From Felis catus (taxonomy: Eukaryota): a stretch of 64,000 bases of DNA. A program made the translations under genes and the position numbers. This document shows, one piece after another, positions 49,531 through 63,054 of the stretch. The stretch spans positions 120,096,001 through 120,160,000 of the forward strand of contig NC_058368.1 of assembly GCF_018350175.1 (NCBI RefSeq), given 5' to 3'. Under the pieces are notes generated by a model, which was not told where the DNA came from, did no database searches, and saw nothing but the letters and a program-made list of their open reading frames with translations. The first letter of the stretch is position 1, and every line of letters begins with the position of its first letter.

Positions 49531-49881
49531 CTTTGGTAACTAGAAGGCTAACTTGAACAATGCTTAGAAGAGTGTGTGGGCTTTGGGAATCACTTCACTT
49601 CTTATGCTTCAAGAACCACTTGCTAAACGGGATAATACAATTAACTTATAAGACATAATGTGTTTGTAATTATAGCAGTGATATGATAAAGTGAAATCAG
49701 CTGTATGGCCAATAACAGTGGGACTGCATAGCTTCAATGAAGCAACGATAATAAAACACAGTTCTTTAGAATTTAATTTATGCAAACATGCATAATCCCA
49801 AGAGGCAGATACTCCTATAATTATAGTTATTATTTATCTCTTTACAAATAGGAAAACTGAAAAGATGGGCAATTGAAGCAT

Positions 49882-50380
49882 TTGTAGCAGGGAGCGTCTG
49901 TGATATTTTTCTTCCTAGCTTCAACTCACACTTCTTTCCTTAAAGTAGTAATAACATCCCAATTTTCTCTGGGGAAGCAAAACCACCAGTGTTTTCTGTT
50001 GCTATGGTTTAGGTGAAGAGGATCCCGCCCTGTGTTCAGCATTATGCATGTAACCCAGTCCAGGCCAATCAGCATCATGGGCCACTGTGATAGGTTTAAG
50101 GTGGGCATGTGCCTCAATTCTAGAAATGCTTTGAAGGTCTGAAGAAGAAGGAATCTTTTTCTTTTCTGGGACTGCTAGCAGCAAAGATGATGCACAGAGA
50201 GGAAAAGAATCGTAAGATGGGGAGGCAGGAGACCAGTCGCTAATAACATGCTTTGAGCCTCTGGATCCAGTTAAGCCTGAAGTCTTTTGATCTCTCAGCT
50301 TCTCCCTAACATGTGCCAATGTATTTGCTTAAGTTGTTTGAATTGGGCACCCTTTCTTGCATGCGAGATTGTCTTGGTGA
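49882..50380 (+). mobile_element. MLT1J/K-like LTR
   Basis: ccaggccaatcagc, ggtgggcatgtg, tttgagcctctggatccag, gcttaagttgtttgaattggg. Confidence 0.75.
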
Positions 50381-51539
50381 AATATTTATTCTTTGTAAGA
50401 AGTTAATGAGAATTGAGATTTGAAGTGATTTCAAGTGATTATATTTGTGGAACTGTGCATGTCACAACTTTGTTACCAAAGGTACCTTGTGGAAATTTCA
50501 ACCAACATTTCTTGAGTTAGGACATTATCTTGGTAACTGTGCATAGGTCAGGGGGAGAGCTAAATGTTAGAAATTCATTTGTTTAGTTCTCTATTCCCTT
50601 GGGTTGACTCTGGATTGTGATTAATTGCAGCTTTGGGCTAATTTATTGTCTAATATTCTTGTGTAAAACTGTAAATGTCATAATAGATTTAACTGGGAGA
50701 GGAAGGGGCTGTCTTCCTGCAAGCCTAGAGTTGTATGAACTATGCAAATGAGCATTCACATAAGAATGCTGTGTTTGTCTTCCTCATTGCTGCTTTCCCT
50801 GCAGGGTAACTCTAGCTAATCTAGTAATTAGTGGTAGGAAGCTTGCAAAATCTGCAAGCTAATTTACTCATAAGAAAACCATGTTTAAAATGACATTAAC
50901 TCCCTCAGTTTCCATGTGGGGCTTGGCACACAGCTGTTTCAGTCCCTTGGCTATATCCCCTGTTGTACTTTGAAATGGGAAAGGGCATTAGAGTCTGCTT
51001 TGAAAAAAGAGGTACAGAAAGGGGGGAGAAAAATCAAGACAGAAATTGTTATCTTTGGTGCTGCTGAAATCCTAATAGGCTGTGTTAGTGATTGTAGAAG
51101 GTGTTAACAGTCAAGCCCTAAATAGCAATGATGATAATTCCTCTCAATTATTGAGTGCTTAATCTGTCTTGGGCACTGTGTTTATGCTTTATATACATGA
51201 TTACATTTTCTTTTCAAAAAAATGGTCATAAACGTTATATAAATAGTGAACTTAGAGCTCAGAGAACTGAACGAACTAGTCTCAACTCATATTCACCAGT
51301 AGCAGGGTCAGGGTTCCTATATAGGCTTAACTTCTTAATTATAATGTTTGCTGCCTACTATAATACTCGGCTTTTGAGGAAAACTTTTATCCAGAATGTT
51401 ACCGACATTTGGAGTAGAGTCAACCCCATTAGAGTAAAGCTTACTATCAGAAATCCCACAGGCATGCAGACATCTTAAAATCAGTTTGAAAGAGACATGA
51501 ACCTATATGTCCATCTTCACCTACTCCTTAATTTTACTA

Positions 51540-52593
51540 TTTCCTTTCACAGAAAAAAAAAAACAACTTTGTGAAAGAGTAGTTTATACCTGCTGGTTCC
51601 TTACCTTCATCGCTTTTCTCCTGAGCCACTCCAGTAGAGTTTTTGTCCTAATATGAAAATGACTCCTATTAGGGTAACGATGACCTTTTACCATCTTCTC
51701 ATCCCCTTTTTTCTGTCAGCCTTTTTGACATGGTTAATTATGTCTTTTTCTTTAAATGTTTTCCTCACTTGGCTTCTGGGATGACACAGGCTCCTGTTCT
51801 CTTGGCTACCCCTCCCGGCTGTATTTCAATTTCACTCATCTCCCTGGCTAATTTTCTACTTTATATCACAAGATTTAAGCCACCATGGGGTGCTAGCAGA
51901 GGTTCAGTCCTTAGACCTCTTCTTTTTTTGTCTTTATACTCCATTCCTTGACATTTGTCACTCAGTCCTCAACAAATGTCTCAAGTCCAATATTTTCTCA
52001 CTGCATCTCCTGTCACTTTCCTTGTCCCAGCCACAGTTCTCTCTTGCTGGAACTCTTGCTATAGACTCTACAGTGATCTCTCTTTCCTTTCTTGCACCCT
52101 TAAAGTTCATTCCCTCCATAGCAGGCAAAGTGAGCTTTTGAAAACACAAAACAGATAGCACATTTCCTCATGAAAATCTTCCCGTGCCTTCCTATCACAC
52201 TTGCAATACCATTCAAACTCCATGTCACGGTGAACAAGGCTACTTTAGATTTGCATTTTCTTCTTTCTCTTAATACATTTTTTTTTTTTTTGCTTTCTCT
52301 TTTCCAGCCAAACTGACCTTGTTCCTCTTTGTTGAATAAACAGAATTTATTTGCAAAACATGGCTTTTGCACAACTAGTCTCTACCTTTGAGTTCTCTTC
52401 TCTTAGGTTTTCACATTGTAGGGTATTTCTTACCATTCTGATCTGTTCTTGAACATCACTTCTTCAGAGACTGTCCCTATCACCCAATCTAAAACTGCTT
52501 CCAGCCCATACCTGGACTCTCTAATGTCTTACCCTATTTATTTTCTTCATTAAAGTAACTCTATCCAAAATTTTGAGTATGTGTGTGTGTGCA

Positions 52594-52642
<49 letters not shown>

Positions 52643-52790
52643 TTACTGGTTAATTGTGTATTTTTTCCACTAGAATATAAACTCTTTGAGGACAAGAAGT
52701 TATTGTTGTTGTTTTTTGTCTTTTTACCACTGTCTCCTAAAAACATAGAATGATAGTAAATAATCTAAAAATATTGGAATCAAGGAATGA
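51540..52790 (+). mobile_element. L2 fragment (ORF2 end and tail)
   Basis: ctttttgacatggttaattatg, cttggcttctgggatgac, ggttcagtccttagacctcttc, ctagaatataaactctttgaggacaag, gaatgaat tail. Confidence 0.82.
52580..52640. repeat. (TG)n microsatellite
   Basis: Directly visible. Confidence 0.95.
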
Positions 52791-52942
52791 ATACATTCTA
52801 ATAAAAACAATTTTTTGTGTACAACTCTTAAGCTGTCCTTCAACTTAGAATATCCTGCCTCTGTCCCCTATGGTGTACCATCTCTCTCCTATTTTTTGAA
52901 CCTTTTCCATACCATAACTTTTTATTAAATTTGCCTGGAGTA

Positions 52943-53118
52943 GGGGCACCTGGGTGGGCCAGTCAGTTAAGTATAGGACTCATGATTTCAGCTCAGGTTA
53001 TGACATCAGGGTTCATGAGTATGAGCCCCTGCACTATCAGTGCAGAGCCTGCTTGGGATTCTCTCTCTCTCTCTCTTTCTCTCTAAAAATAAATAAAAAT
53101 AAATTTTAAAAAATAAAT
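52943..53118 (+). mobile_element. Can-SINE
   Basis: TSD aaatttgcctggagt / aaatttgcctagagt. Confidence 0.92.
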
Positions 53119-53159
53119 AAATTTGCCTAGAGTGTACTTTATCTTTCTACCCTTCGTGG

Positions 53160-53949
53160 TGTTGCAGGATTTTTTACCTCAATACCCAGGGTTCATTGTC
53201 TCACCGATTAGAAGAATGGAGAGGTGAACACAAAATGAGCAGCAGGCAAAAGTTTATTAGAATATAAGATTAGAGAGGCTCCTGGGTGGCTCAGTTGATT
53301 GGGCATCTGACTTTGGCTTGTCATGATCTTGTTGTTTGTGGGTTCGGGCCTTGCATCGGGCTCTGTGCTGATGGCTCAGAGCCTGGAGCCTGCTTTGGAT
53401 TCTCTGCCTCCCTCTCTCTGTCTCTCTGTGTCCCTCCCCTGCTCTCTCTCTGTCTCTCTCTTAAAAATAAACATTAAAAAAATAAAAACATAAAGAATAT
53501 AAGATCAGAAAGAAGAACAGTAGGAAAGCTCTCTTTGCAGAGAGGGGGCATTCAAAAGTGAATATGTGAAGGACTATACACAAGTGTCCTTGTTTTATGA
53601 GGTTCTGGTTAGCCCTCCCTCTTCCGTTCCCCCTTGTTCCTTCTCAGGTTCTACCCTTATTGGTTTGATAGCTCTGGGTGCTAGGTTGTCCATTCCTGAC
53701 TGGCCCAAGTCCATTGTATGAGGGGTGGTCTAAGACCATACTAAGGTCTTTTGCCAAATTCCTGAGGGAAGCCTGAGGGGGAATAGGTGGGGTCTTTTAC
53801 ATTCTTAAGAGGAACCTTATGCTTTGAGGGTGTTTGCTGTGGTCAGACACTCCCAGCATTGTTCCAAAATCTGTGTTTTCTTCCCCACCCAGGGATCTCA
53901 TGTCCTAATCTTTCCATCTCTGCCTATCGAATACTATCTTTTCCTATCA
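53160..53949 (-). mobile_element. Solo LTR, probably ERV1-class carnivore LTR, with nested SINE
   Basis: Minus strand TGATAGG...GCAACA; AATAAA (tttatt ~53253), CCAAT (attgg ~53660); no matching TSD seen. Confidence 0.7.
53275..53493 (+). mobile_element. Can-SINE nested in LTR
   Basis: TSD agaatataagattaga / agaatataagatcaga. Confidence 0.93.
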
Positions 53950-54304
53950 TATTAGTACCTGATAAAGTGCAGGATAAATGAATGATGGGTGGAGCAAGCA
54001 TTTTATGCCACAAATAGTCATTTAGTATTTGTGGTAACTCAAAATGTTAGAGGGGTAGGAAGAGAAGGACACAGAACAAAAATGAATGTCCCATAGGTTA
54101 TATCAGATTATTTTATGAAAGTCTGGACTTAAAGTCTTTAATAACCAACAAATGCTTTTTATTAGGAAATTTGTAGCACTATGTAATTATGTGGTCAGCA
54201 GTGAAAGATAACACTGTTAGCAGTGGGAAAGAGTGACTGGGAACATAAAGAAATTACAGGCATGGAATCCAGGCTGAAGGCTATTGTAATACAGGTAAAA
54301 GAGG

Positions 54305-54455
54305 ATTTATTTACTTGTTTGTTTATTTGTTTGTTTATTATTTTTTTTAAGTAGGCTCCATGCCCAATGTAGGGCTTGATGTCACAACCCTGAGATCAAG
54401 ACTTAGCTGAGATTAAGAGTTGGATGCTTAACCCACTGAGCTACCCAGCTTCTCC
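54305..54455 (-). mobile_element. Short/older Can-SINE
   Basis: TSD ggtaaaagaggat / ggtaaaaggggat. Confidence 0.88.
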
Positions 54456-54734
54456 AATGGTAAAAGGGGATGTGAACTAAAATAGGGCACTGTAAAAACA
54501 AGGAGAAAATAGTTCAGTCAATCCATTGTAGGGTTAAATTGTGCAGGACAAAGTTAAAAATTAGATGTGTATGTTAGGAACATAATACATTGAAGAAAGT
54601 TCTGGATATCTACCTAGGAATTTTATTGCCACTAATCTAGAAGCAAACATAAGGCTTTTGGAGGGGACTCTCTTTATTATAGAAATTCATTCTGACTTGG
54701 GGTACACAGGATAATTTGTTTCAAAGACATTGAG

Positions 54735-55130
54735 TGTGATAAGAAGAATACTGCTCCTCAAAAAAGTCTATGTGTTTATCTCCAGAGCCTGTGAATATAT
54801 TCTCTTTCCTGGCACAAAGGACTTTGAAGAGGCAATTAAGATAAAGGACCTTGAAATGAGTTGATCTTGGAATATCCACATGATCCCGACCTAATCACTT
54901 GAATCCTAAAAGCAGAGAAATGTTCTCAGTTGAGATTAGAAAGAGATGTGACATTGCTGGCTTGGAAGGAAGAGGAAGTGACCATGAGCCAAGGAAGTGG
55001 ACAGTGTTTAGAAGCTGGAAAGAACAGTAATTGGATTATCTCCTACAGCTTGCAGAGAGGAATAAGGCTCTGCATCCCCTTAGATTTTTACCTAGCAAGA
55101 CCCACGTTAGACTTTTGATCTACAGAACTA
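54735..55130 (+). mobile_element. MLT1C/D-like LTR fragment
   Basis: cctgtgaatat...ggcacaaagggactttg...attaag; ccatgagccaagga...ctagcaagaccc...tctacagaact. Confidence 0.82.
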
Positions 55131-55619
55131 TCTCAGGAAACTCAAAGACAGGAAAGTGGTTGGGCCTCATAAATAACCACAGCCTAGAATGGATATAAGA
55201 ACATCTTCCTACATACCATTATGCATGTCAACTTCATTCTTTTCTCTCTGGAGACTGGTTTCTCAATTTCTCCAATGATTAGGTCTGAGCAGTGACTCCT
55301 GAGAGTTCCTGAATGTTTCAGGTAATGCAACAGTCACCCAGAGAAACTCCTTCTCTTTCTTTACTTTACTTCTAAAACTTTTGTCCAGGAGCTATAATGG
55401 TCTATGCCGGATCAGCCAACAGTGGTCAGGTGGAGAGCTTATTAGAGTTAGTCAACAGGATGGTACCCAAAGTAACCATGTGGATGGACTCAAATTGAGG
55501 AGGATGTTTTCAAAAGAGGAGAGATGATGGCTGGACAGAAAAACAAACTAGCACTATAAAAGGACACAGGTTTCATGATTGGCATTACTCCTTTTTGCAG
55601 CCATTAGGTGTGAGGCAGT

Positions 55620-55923
55620 CCATGAAGTAGTTATTGAGTACCTGTTTGTGCTAAGCACTGAGATAGTCACTATGTGGCATTAGTGAACATAACCAGCAAG
55701 CTTAATGTCCCTACTACTACATTTATACTATTTGTGATAAAGACAGCTGTTTAATATATTTTTTAAAATGAATACATAATTACAACTGTGTAAATAGCTG
55801 TGAAGAAGCTAGTTTTAAAAGAAATGTCTAATTGAGGTGGGAAGTGGTTCAGAGAAAGGAGACCTACCTAATCTATGCATTAGAGAAACATTTAAAAAAG
55901 TTTTAATATTTATTTATTTTTGG

Positions 55924-55971
<48 letters not shown>

Positions 55972-56400
55972 CAGAGAGAGACAGAGAGAGACAGGGACAG
56001 GGAATCAGCAGGGAATGGGCAGAGAGATGGGGAGATGAAGAATCTGAAGTAGGCTCCAGGCTCCGAGCTGTCAGCACACAGCCCAACATGGGGCTTGAAT
56101 CCTTGAACTGTGAGTTCATGACCTGAGCTGATATTGGTCGCTTAACCAACTAAGCCACCCAGGCACCCCACACTAGAGAAGCATTTAAACTGAGAGCCAA
56201 GGATAAGAAGGAGTTGATCAGGGGGGAAAAATGGGCTTCCAGGCAAAAGAAACAGCCTCTGTGATGGTATAAAAGCAGAAAAGAACATGTAGTTATATAT
56301 ATGCTGAGGGATAGTGTAGCTGAAGTAATGAGGGGAGAGTAATGTAAGAGGAAACTAGAGACATAAAGACCTAACATGTCCTTATCAGAGTGTAATGAAT
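55620..56400 (-). mobile_element. L2 fragment with nested SINE
   Basis: ttattgagtacctgtttgtgctaagcactg; catttaaactgagag...ttccaggcaaaagaaacagc. Confidence 0.72.
55895..56169 (-). mobile_element. Can-SINE with expanded (GA)n
   Basis: TSD tagagaaacatttaaa / tagagaagcatttaaa. Confidence 0.93.
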
Positions 56401-58441
56401 CATTTGGAATTTGTAAATTTGTAAATTTGGGAGTTACTTATATGGCAGTGCTTCAAATAGGGCTTGCCTCAGTCTTCATATTCAAATCTTGAGCTTTGCC
56501 TATAACTTGAATCTAAATCTCTTGGGATAGACATCAAAGCATCTTCATTTTGGTGTCATCTCCTTATGATTCATGTGCACTTAAAACTATAACAGCTACT
56601 CTTCAAAAATAAATGACAGTGGTACATTTTTGTTATAACATTATCATTAGAAAATTCAAGGTGGGTTTCATGTATCTCTCAAGGAAAAATAGGAGGACTA
56701 GTGAATTATATTCTTGCCAAATACAAAAGATGCAAAAGAGTTAATAAAGTTACAGAATTGTCAAGCTTCATTGATGTTCACATCAGCATATTGTAAGTTT
56801 CAATTAACCTACCGACCTCCATCTCAATATCAAAATGAAGAATGCTTTCAGTGGAAATACACTGTGCCTGGGTGTTCTTCAGCTTCAACCCCCAGGGAAC
56901 TCTTGATATTTTGTTTATATTTATTTTGAAATATGAGAAAGGCTTTTATATGGGGAAGAACGTGGGATGTGTGGGTTCACCTTTGCTGGATGCATTGTCT
57001 GTTCGTATACCTCTAATTTGGCTGTAGTGTAACTTGATGAGATCTGACAACTGTTGGCTTTCTATCTACCAATTCCAATTACATTAGCACTCAACCAGAA
57101 CAAACAAAGATATGCATAATGTCTACTGGTCGCAAAACAGTATCTTAGTTGTTAAAATCTTTGTGCATTACTTTGGAAAGTGTAAATTATCTTCATTTCC
57201 ATTGAGAAGGCATAGACATTGGGGGAAAAAAAATCACTGGTTAATTGCCTAGACTCACTGAATGTTCTCTGCTGAATTCTCTCATTCCTCTTAAGGTAGT
57301 TTAGACTTGACACTTCAAGGCTGTCCTCCTTCATCATATGCAGGGTGGTGGTTGCTAAAGGCCAGGCAGGACAGGAATGTAGAGGTTGATTTGTTGAGTT
57401 ACCTAAATCTGGGGAGAGAGTGAGAGAGTTAAGAAAACTCCCTAGGAACCCCAAAATGATGGTGGATATGCTGTTAGGTGTGAAGATTTCCGGAGAATTA
57501 GCCCTTAGACCTCAAGCACTCCTGAAGGGGAAGTCCTGATTCTTCCCCAATGAACATTAAGGCCAAGGGTGAACTGAATCTAAGTAAACATGCAGCAAAA
57601 ATCAAATTCCAATCAGCCACAGATTAGCTACCTTATAAAAGAAGCATCATGCCTTTCTGTAGGTATAATAGTGCTTTCTGTTATTCTTCCACATACATCT
57701 AGCATTAAATTAAAAAAAAAACATAAACACAAAAAAAGCAAGAAAATATGAAACATGGTAAAAAAAAGCAAAGTATCAGTAGAAGCAGACACAAAAATGA
57801 TTCAGATAATTGGAATTATAGACAGTTGAGGACTTCAAAATAATTAAGACAAATATGTTAAAAAGTATAATGGAAAATGTGGACAAAATGTGTGAACAGA
57901 TTGAGAATTTCAACAGAGTAATAAACTATAAAAAAGTACCAAATAGAAATGGTAGAAATAAACTGTGTGCTAGGAAAAATGAAAAATTAATTTGAAGATC
58001 TTGACAGAAGACTGGACATAACAGAAAAGGATCAAGAAGCATGATGATTATCCAAAGGGAAGCTTTTGGAGGAAAAAAAAAGAGTGAACAAAATGAACCA
58101 AAGCACTCAAGGTTAGGGGGAATATTAATCATTCCAATACTACCAACAATTTGACCTATTTGATATTTATAAACACTATGCTCTAAACCTGTAGAATACA
58201 AGTGTTTTTTTTTTCAAATATATATAGAATATTCAGCAAGGTAGACTATTTAGTGGACTGCAAATCAACTCTCAACAACTTGTAAATGATTGAAATCATG
58301 TAGTGTGTGTTTTAGGTCACAACAACAATAAATTAGAAATCATCAAGAATAAGATATGTGGAAAATTCTCAATTATTTGGAAATACAGCAAGGTCCTCAA
58401 AACAATTCATGAATCACAAAAATCATAAGAAAATAGTGTGC

Positions 58442-58443
<2 letters not shown>

Positions 58444-58483
<40 letters not shown>
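58444..58483. repeat. (GT)n microsatellite
   Basis: Directly visible. Confidence 0.95.
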
Positions 58484-58485
<2 letters not shown>

Positions 58486-58498
58486 TAAGGGGAGGGAA

Positions 58499-58712
58499 GG
58501 GATGCCTGGGTGGCTCAGTCGGTTAAGCTTCCGATTCAGGCTCAGGTCATGATCTTGCAGTTGGTGAGTTTCAGCCCCCTGTCAGGCTCTCTATGGACAG
58601 CTCAGAGCTGGAGCCTACTTTGGATTCCTGTCTCACCTCTCTCTGCCCCTCCCCCGCTCATGCTGTGTCTGTCTGTCTCTCTCAAAAATAAATATTAATT
58701 TTCTTTTTAAAA
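58499..58712 (+). mobile_element. Can-SINE
   Basis: Head, (CT)n and tail motifs. Confidence 0.92.
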
Positions 58713-60679
58713 GGTAGGGGAATGTTATGAACAACTTTATGCAAATAATTGAAAATTTAGATGAACTGGACAATTTCTTTGAAAATCAGCTTTGATGCAA
58801 GATACAGACAATGCAAGTAGACCTGTATCTGTAAAAGTCACAAAAACAAAAAAAGCAGAAAGAAAACTTTCCTACCAAGAAAACTTGAAGCTCAGAAAGC
58901 TTCACTAGGGAATTCTTTCAAACTTTAAAAAGAAGTAATACCAATCTTACTCAAATTGTTCTAGAAATCAGGGATAGAAGGAACATTTCTCTACTTGTTT
59001 TCTAAGTTCAGTGTAATTCTGACACCAAAACAAAATAGACAACACGATGCTAGTAACACTCATGGAAAAAAGGGCCAAAAGTTCTTAGCAAACCATTAGC
59101 GTATCAAATGCAGTGACATATTAAAAATATCATAACTAAACAGAATTTATTTCAGGAATGCAATTTACCACTTTAGCATAAAAAAGGATAAAGTCATTGG
59201 ATTATCTCCGTAGATAACGGGAAAAACATCTGACAAAATCTAGCGCCAATTCATGTTAAAAATTATCTGACAAACTAAAATATACCAAAAATATACAAGG
59301 ACACTTTGTCAATTTGACAAAGGAAATCTATGAAAAAATCTCCAGTTAGCATCACAATCAATAGTAAAACATTGAATGATTTTCCTCTAAGATTTGGAAC
59401 AAAGCATGAATGTCAAATTCTATCACTGATCTGCCACACTGTCTGGAAGTCCTATACAATGTAAAAAGATAAGCTATAGAAATAAAAGGTTTAAAGGTAA
59501 GAAAAAGAAAATAAAAACCTCATAATTCACAGGTGACTTGATTGTGTACATAGAAAATCCTATGGAATGTACAAAAAATTCTAGTAATGATATGTGAAAT
59601 TAGAAAAGTCACAGAATGCAGGACCAAATAGATAAAAAATATGGTATTCATTATACTAGCATTAAACAATTAAAAAATGAATGTAAAAATGTATGAGTAC
59701 ATCATAATTATACACCTAGAAATAAACATTATAAAATCACACACCTAGATATAAATATAATAAAAAAATTTTGAGAGAAACAAAAATGGAAAATTAGATA
59801 TTTTCTGTTCGTGAATTGAAAAATTCCATGTTACTAAGATGCTCATTTTCTCCAAATTGATCTGTGGTATCAATTTTATCCTAGTCAAAACACAAGCAAG
59901 TGTTTTATTTAGAAATTGACGAGCTGATTCTAAAATGTATATAGAAATACAAAGTATATAGAATAGTCAAAACAATCCTACAAAAGAAGAAAGAAGTTGG
60001 AGAACTTATAATTCCTGATTTCAAGATTTGTAATCAAGTTATGTTGATTAATATAGTACATTACTGGCATAAAGATAGTCAAATAGATCAAAGAAACAGA
60101 AAAGTAACAAAAAGAGGAATACATATGGTTGAATCATGATTAAGGCACCAAGTGAATTCATTGGGAACTGCAAAGGTTTTCTGTTGTTGTTTTGTTGGTT
60201 GGTTGGTTTTTAACAAATGGTGGCATCATAACTGGATAATAGGAATGCAGGAAGAAAGTAAAATTTTGAGCATACTACAGCACTCCATACACAAAAGTTA
60301 TTTTTTGATGGATCATAGATCTAAACATAAAAGCTAGAAACCTAAAAGTACTTAGAACAAAGCAGTGGAGGGTACCTTTGTGACATTAGGTTCGCTCTAG
60401 ATTACTTTTATAGGAAAAAAAATCATGAACCACAAAACATAAAATTTATAAATTTGGCATTATTAAAATAAAAAAATGAATGTTCATCAAAAGACCCCAT
60501 TAAGAAAATGATAGGCAGGCTACAAAATGGGAAAGAATAATCAAAATACACAAATCTAACAAAAGACTCAGGTCCAGAATATATGGAGAACTCTCCATAT
60601 ACCAGTAAAATTGCCAGTAAAATGACAAAAAATAAATAATAAAAACAGGCAAAAATCTTAAACATACACTGTTTAAACT

Positions 60680-60867
60680 ACTTTCTTCTGTTTATTTTTT
60701 AGAGAAAGAGAATGAAGGGAGGGGGCAGAGAGAGAGGGAGACAGAGGATCCGAAGTCGGCTCTGTGCTGATAGCAGAGGGCCTGATGCAGGGCTGGAACT
60801 CACAAACTAAGAGATCGTGACCTGAGCTGAAGTCACAGGCTTAACCAACTGAGCCACCAAGGCACCC
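60680..60867 (-). mobile_element. Can-SINE
   Basis: Reverse head and tail motifs. Confidence 0.9.
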
Positions 60868-60999
60868 TTTAAATGTGCACTTAACAGCAGAATACATATG
60901 AATGACCAATGAGCACATTAGAAAGTGTTGAAAATTATTTGTTGTCAGTGAATTAAAGTACCTGTCATTTCTCAGGGCTCTTAGGGGTGAGAGTCTAGA

Positions 61000-61460
61000 C
61001 TCCTTGACAGGACCTATATGGTCCGTTTGTATTTCTTTAAGTTGTCGTACTCTTCTTCCAGGACTTAAAGTCTTCAAATCTGTGCACAGGCTCTAACCTC
61101 AGGCTTGCGCAATCCTCGTTCCCTCCTCTGCTTTATTTGCATATCTGTATATCTGGTGTGTTTTCATTCTTCAGGTTACTGTTGAAATGCAGCCCCTTCA
61201 GATCCGCATAAAGAACATCTTGGATCAGTCAATGTAAGGCAGCCCCTCTTCATTCCATGTTTTATAGTATCTCATCCTATTTGCTACCTTTAGAGCACTT
61301 ATAATAATGGAAAAGAAACTGATTTGTATGTTTTCTACCTCTACCGGGATATAACCTTATGAGCAGAGATTTTGTTTTTTTGATAGCCACTGCATTGCTT
61401 GAGTGTCTAACAAAATGAGTGGCTCTAGTAATAGGCCCTCTAAAATATTTATTAATTGAG
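61000..61460 (+). mobile_element. L2 3' fragment
   Basis: ccttatgagcagagattttgt...tagtaataggccctctaaaatatttattaattgagtgaat. Confidence 0.55.
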
Positions 61461-62548
61461 TGAATTGCAATAGGTTGGTGAAACTAAGCAATTTAAGATC
61501 TACGTCTGTGTATTTTGGACATCTCTGGAGTTTCAGCTGCATTTCTGCAAAGCCCTATCAGTAGGAACAGCCCTGCGCGGAAATAGAGATTTTTTTGCTT
61601 TAGTTTATAAAGCTGCTCCTGGGGGATCTGTGCTGTATCAGGCAGGTGCTTTCCCTAGGGAATTATCTGCTTTCACACAAGATGCCCAAGCATGAACAGC
61701 TACCTCTTCCATGCATGAGCCAGGAAGTTTCTGATGAAGCCAGCTACTTACTCTTGAAGGGTTTCCATGGAATCCAAAATGTTGCAAATGTTTTCTTGAT
61801 AAAGACTTTTAAAAAGATAGGCATATATTCTGTAGTGGTCTGGATCAAGCTATTGCAACCCAATTCTTTTATCTGAGACATAGCTGAATACTTTGTTAAA
61901 CTGGAGGAATTGTGTCAAAAAAAGGCAGAAGGCAGGTCAAGAGCTGGACAGGTATTTGTGGTATTTGATTCCTAAACACAACCATTCTTAGATTTTACTG
62001 ACACAGGGACTACATTTCGTTTTAAAACAAAGATGCCACGTGATGGTGGTTCAACTTTGGCTCAGTAGAACCAAACAGTTAAATTTTTATTAGGCTATCC
62101 CCCTGTGGGGGGTGGGGGGGAAAGAGGCTGTGTGTGTGTATGTGTAAGTGAGAGACACTGAGGTATTCACTTCTCGCCTCTCCTTTCTCCCTGGAGTATA
62201 TTTACATGGCATTAAACAAAACAGCAAAAGCCTGCTGAATACTGAGATCAGAAGCCATCTGCATAGAAATGTTTTTTTCTTTAGCCTTAAAACAATATTG
62301 GCAAATGGTCCCCCAAGCAGTAATGAAGGCTAGATATCTTTGGCCATCAAGCATTTTGCGTTGCTGCTAACTCAGACAGCACAAGTACATGAAGTGACAA
62401 ATTATGTATTTGGGACATTTACCTCAGGGCTCATTTCTCAGTCTCTGCCACCAAAACTGTCATTTCAGGGATGCACGAGTGTGAGTTGAACTCCTTTGCC
62501 AAATCACCTTGTTTAAATCTCCATAAAACATTTCCGCCATCAGCAGCT

Positions 62549-62563
62549 AGAAACTTCGAGAAG
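62549..62563. promoter_or_regulatory. Sequence match to a three-unit heat-shock element
   Basis: aGAAacTTCgaGAAg equals nGAAnnTTCnnGAAn; function not shown. Confidence 0.25.
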
Positions 62564-63054
62564 CAATTTAGGGCTGATATAATTTGCAAGTAATTTATCA
62601 CTGCGAGTAGATGGTTTTATTAAACAGCTGCAGGGTGCTGGTATAAAAAACAAAATAAAAGAAAGGTTACATTACCTTTGTCCTCCCTCTCATCCTTTCT
62701 TGCTTCTACTCTTTTTGCTTTCAGATATAGTTATTTAAACTTCTCCAAGGTTGGAGAATAATGAAGTAGACAACAGCCTAGCAAATATTGAACTAAAAAG
62801 ATCATTAAGTATATGAGGACCTCATGAAATCAGACAGATTCTTGAGAACACAAGACTTGACAAAACCTAGACTAAGCAGAGAAAATTTGTGGAAGAGGTG
62901 GCTTTAAGTTGTATAAGAGAAGACAGAAGGAGGAAACTCCTTTTATATAGAAGAAGAGTGTGAGCCAAGGCCCTGGGACAGGAGTGAAAAGGTAGTGAGG
63001 AGATACTCTGGCAGAATTTTATTTATCACTTTTTTCTTAATTCTTAACATAAGA

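Larger units (their letters stand above)
57600..60960 (+). mobile_element. Old L1M with ORF1-side and deleted ORF2 remnants
   Basis: attcagataattggaattatagaca, ttagatgaactggacaatttctttgaaa, tttcctctaagatttggaacaaagc, ttctccaaattgatct, gatcatagatctaaacataaaag. Confidence 0.8.
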
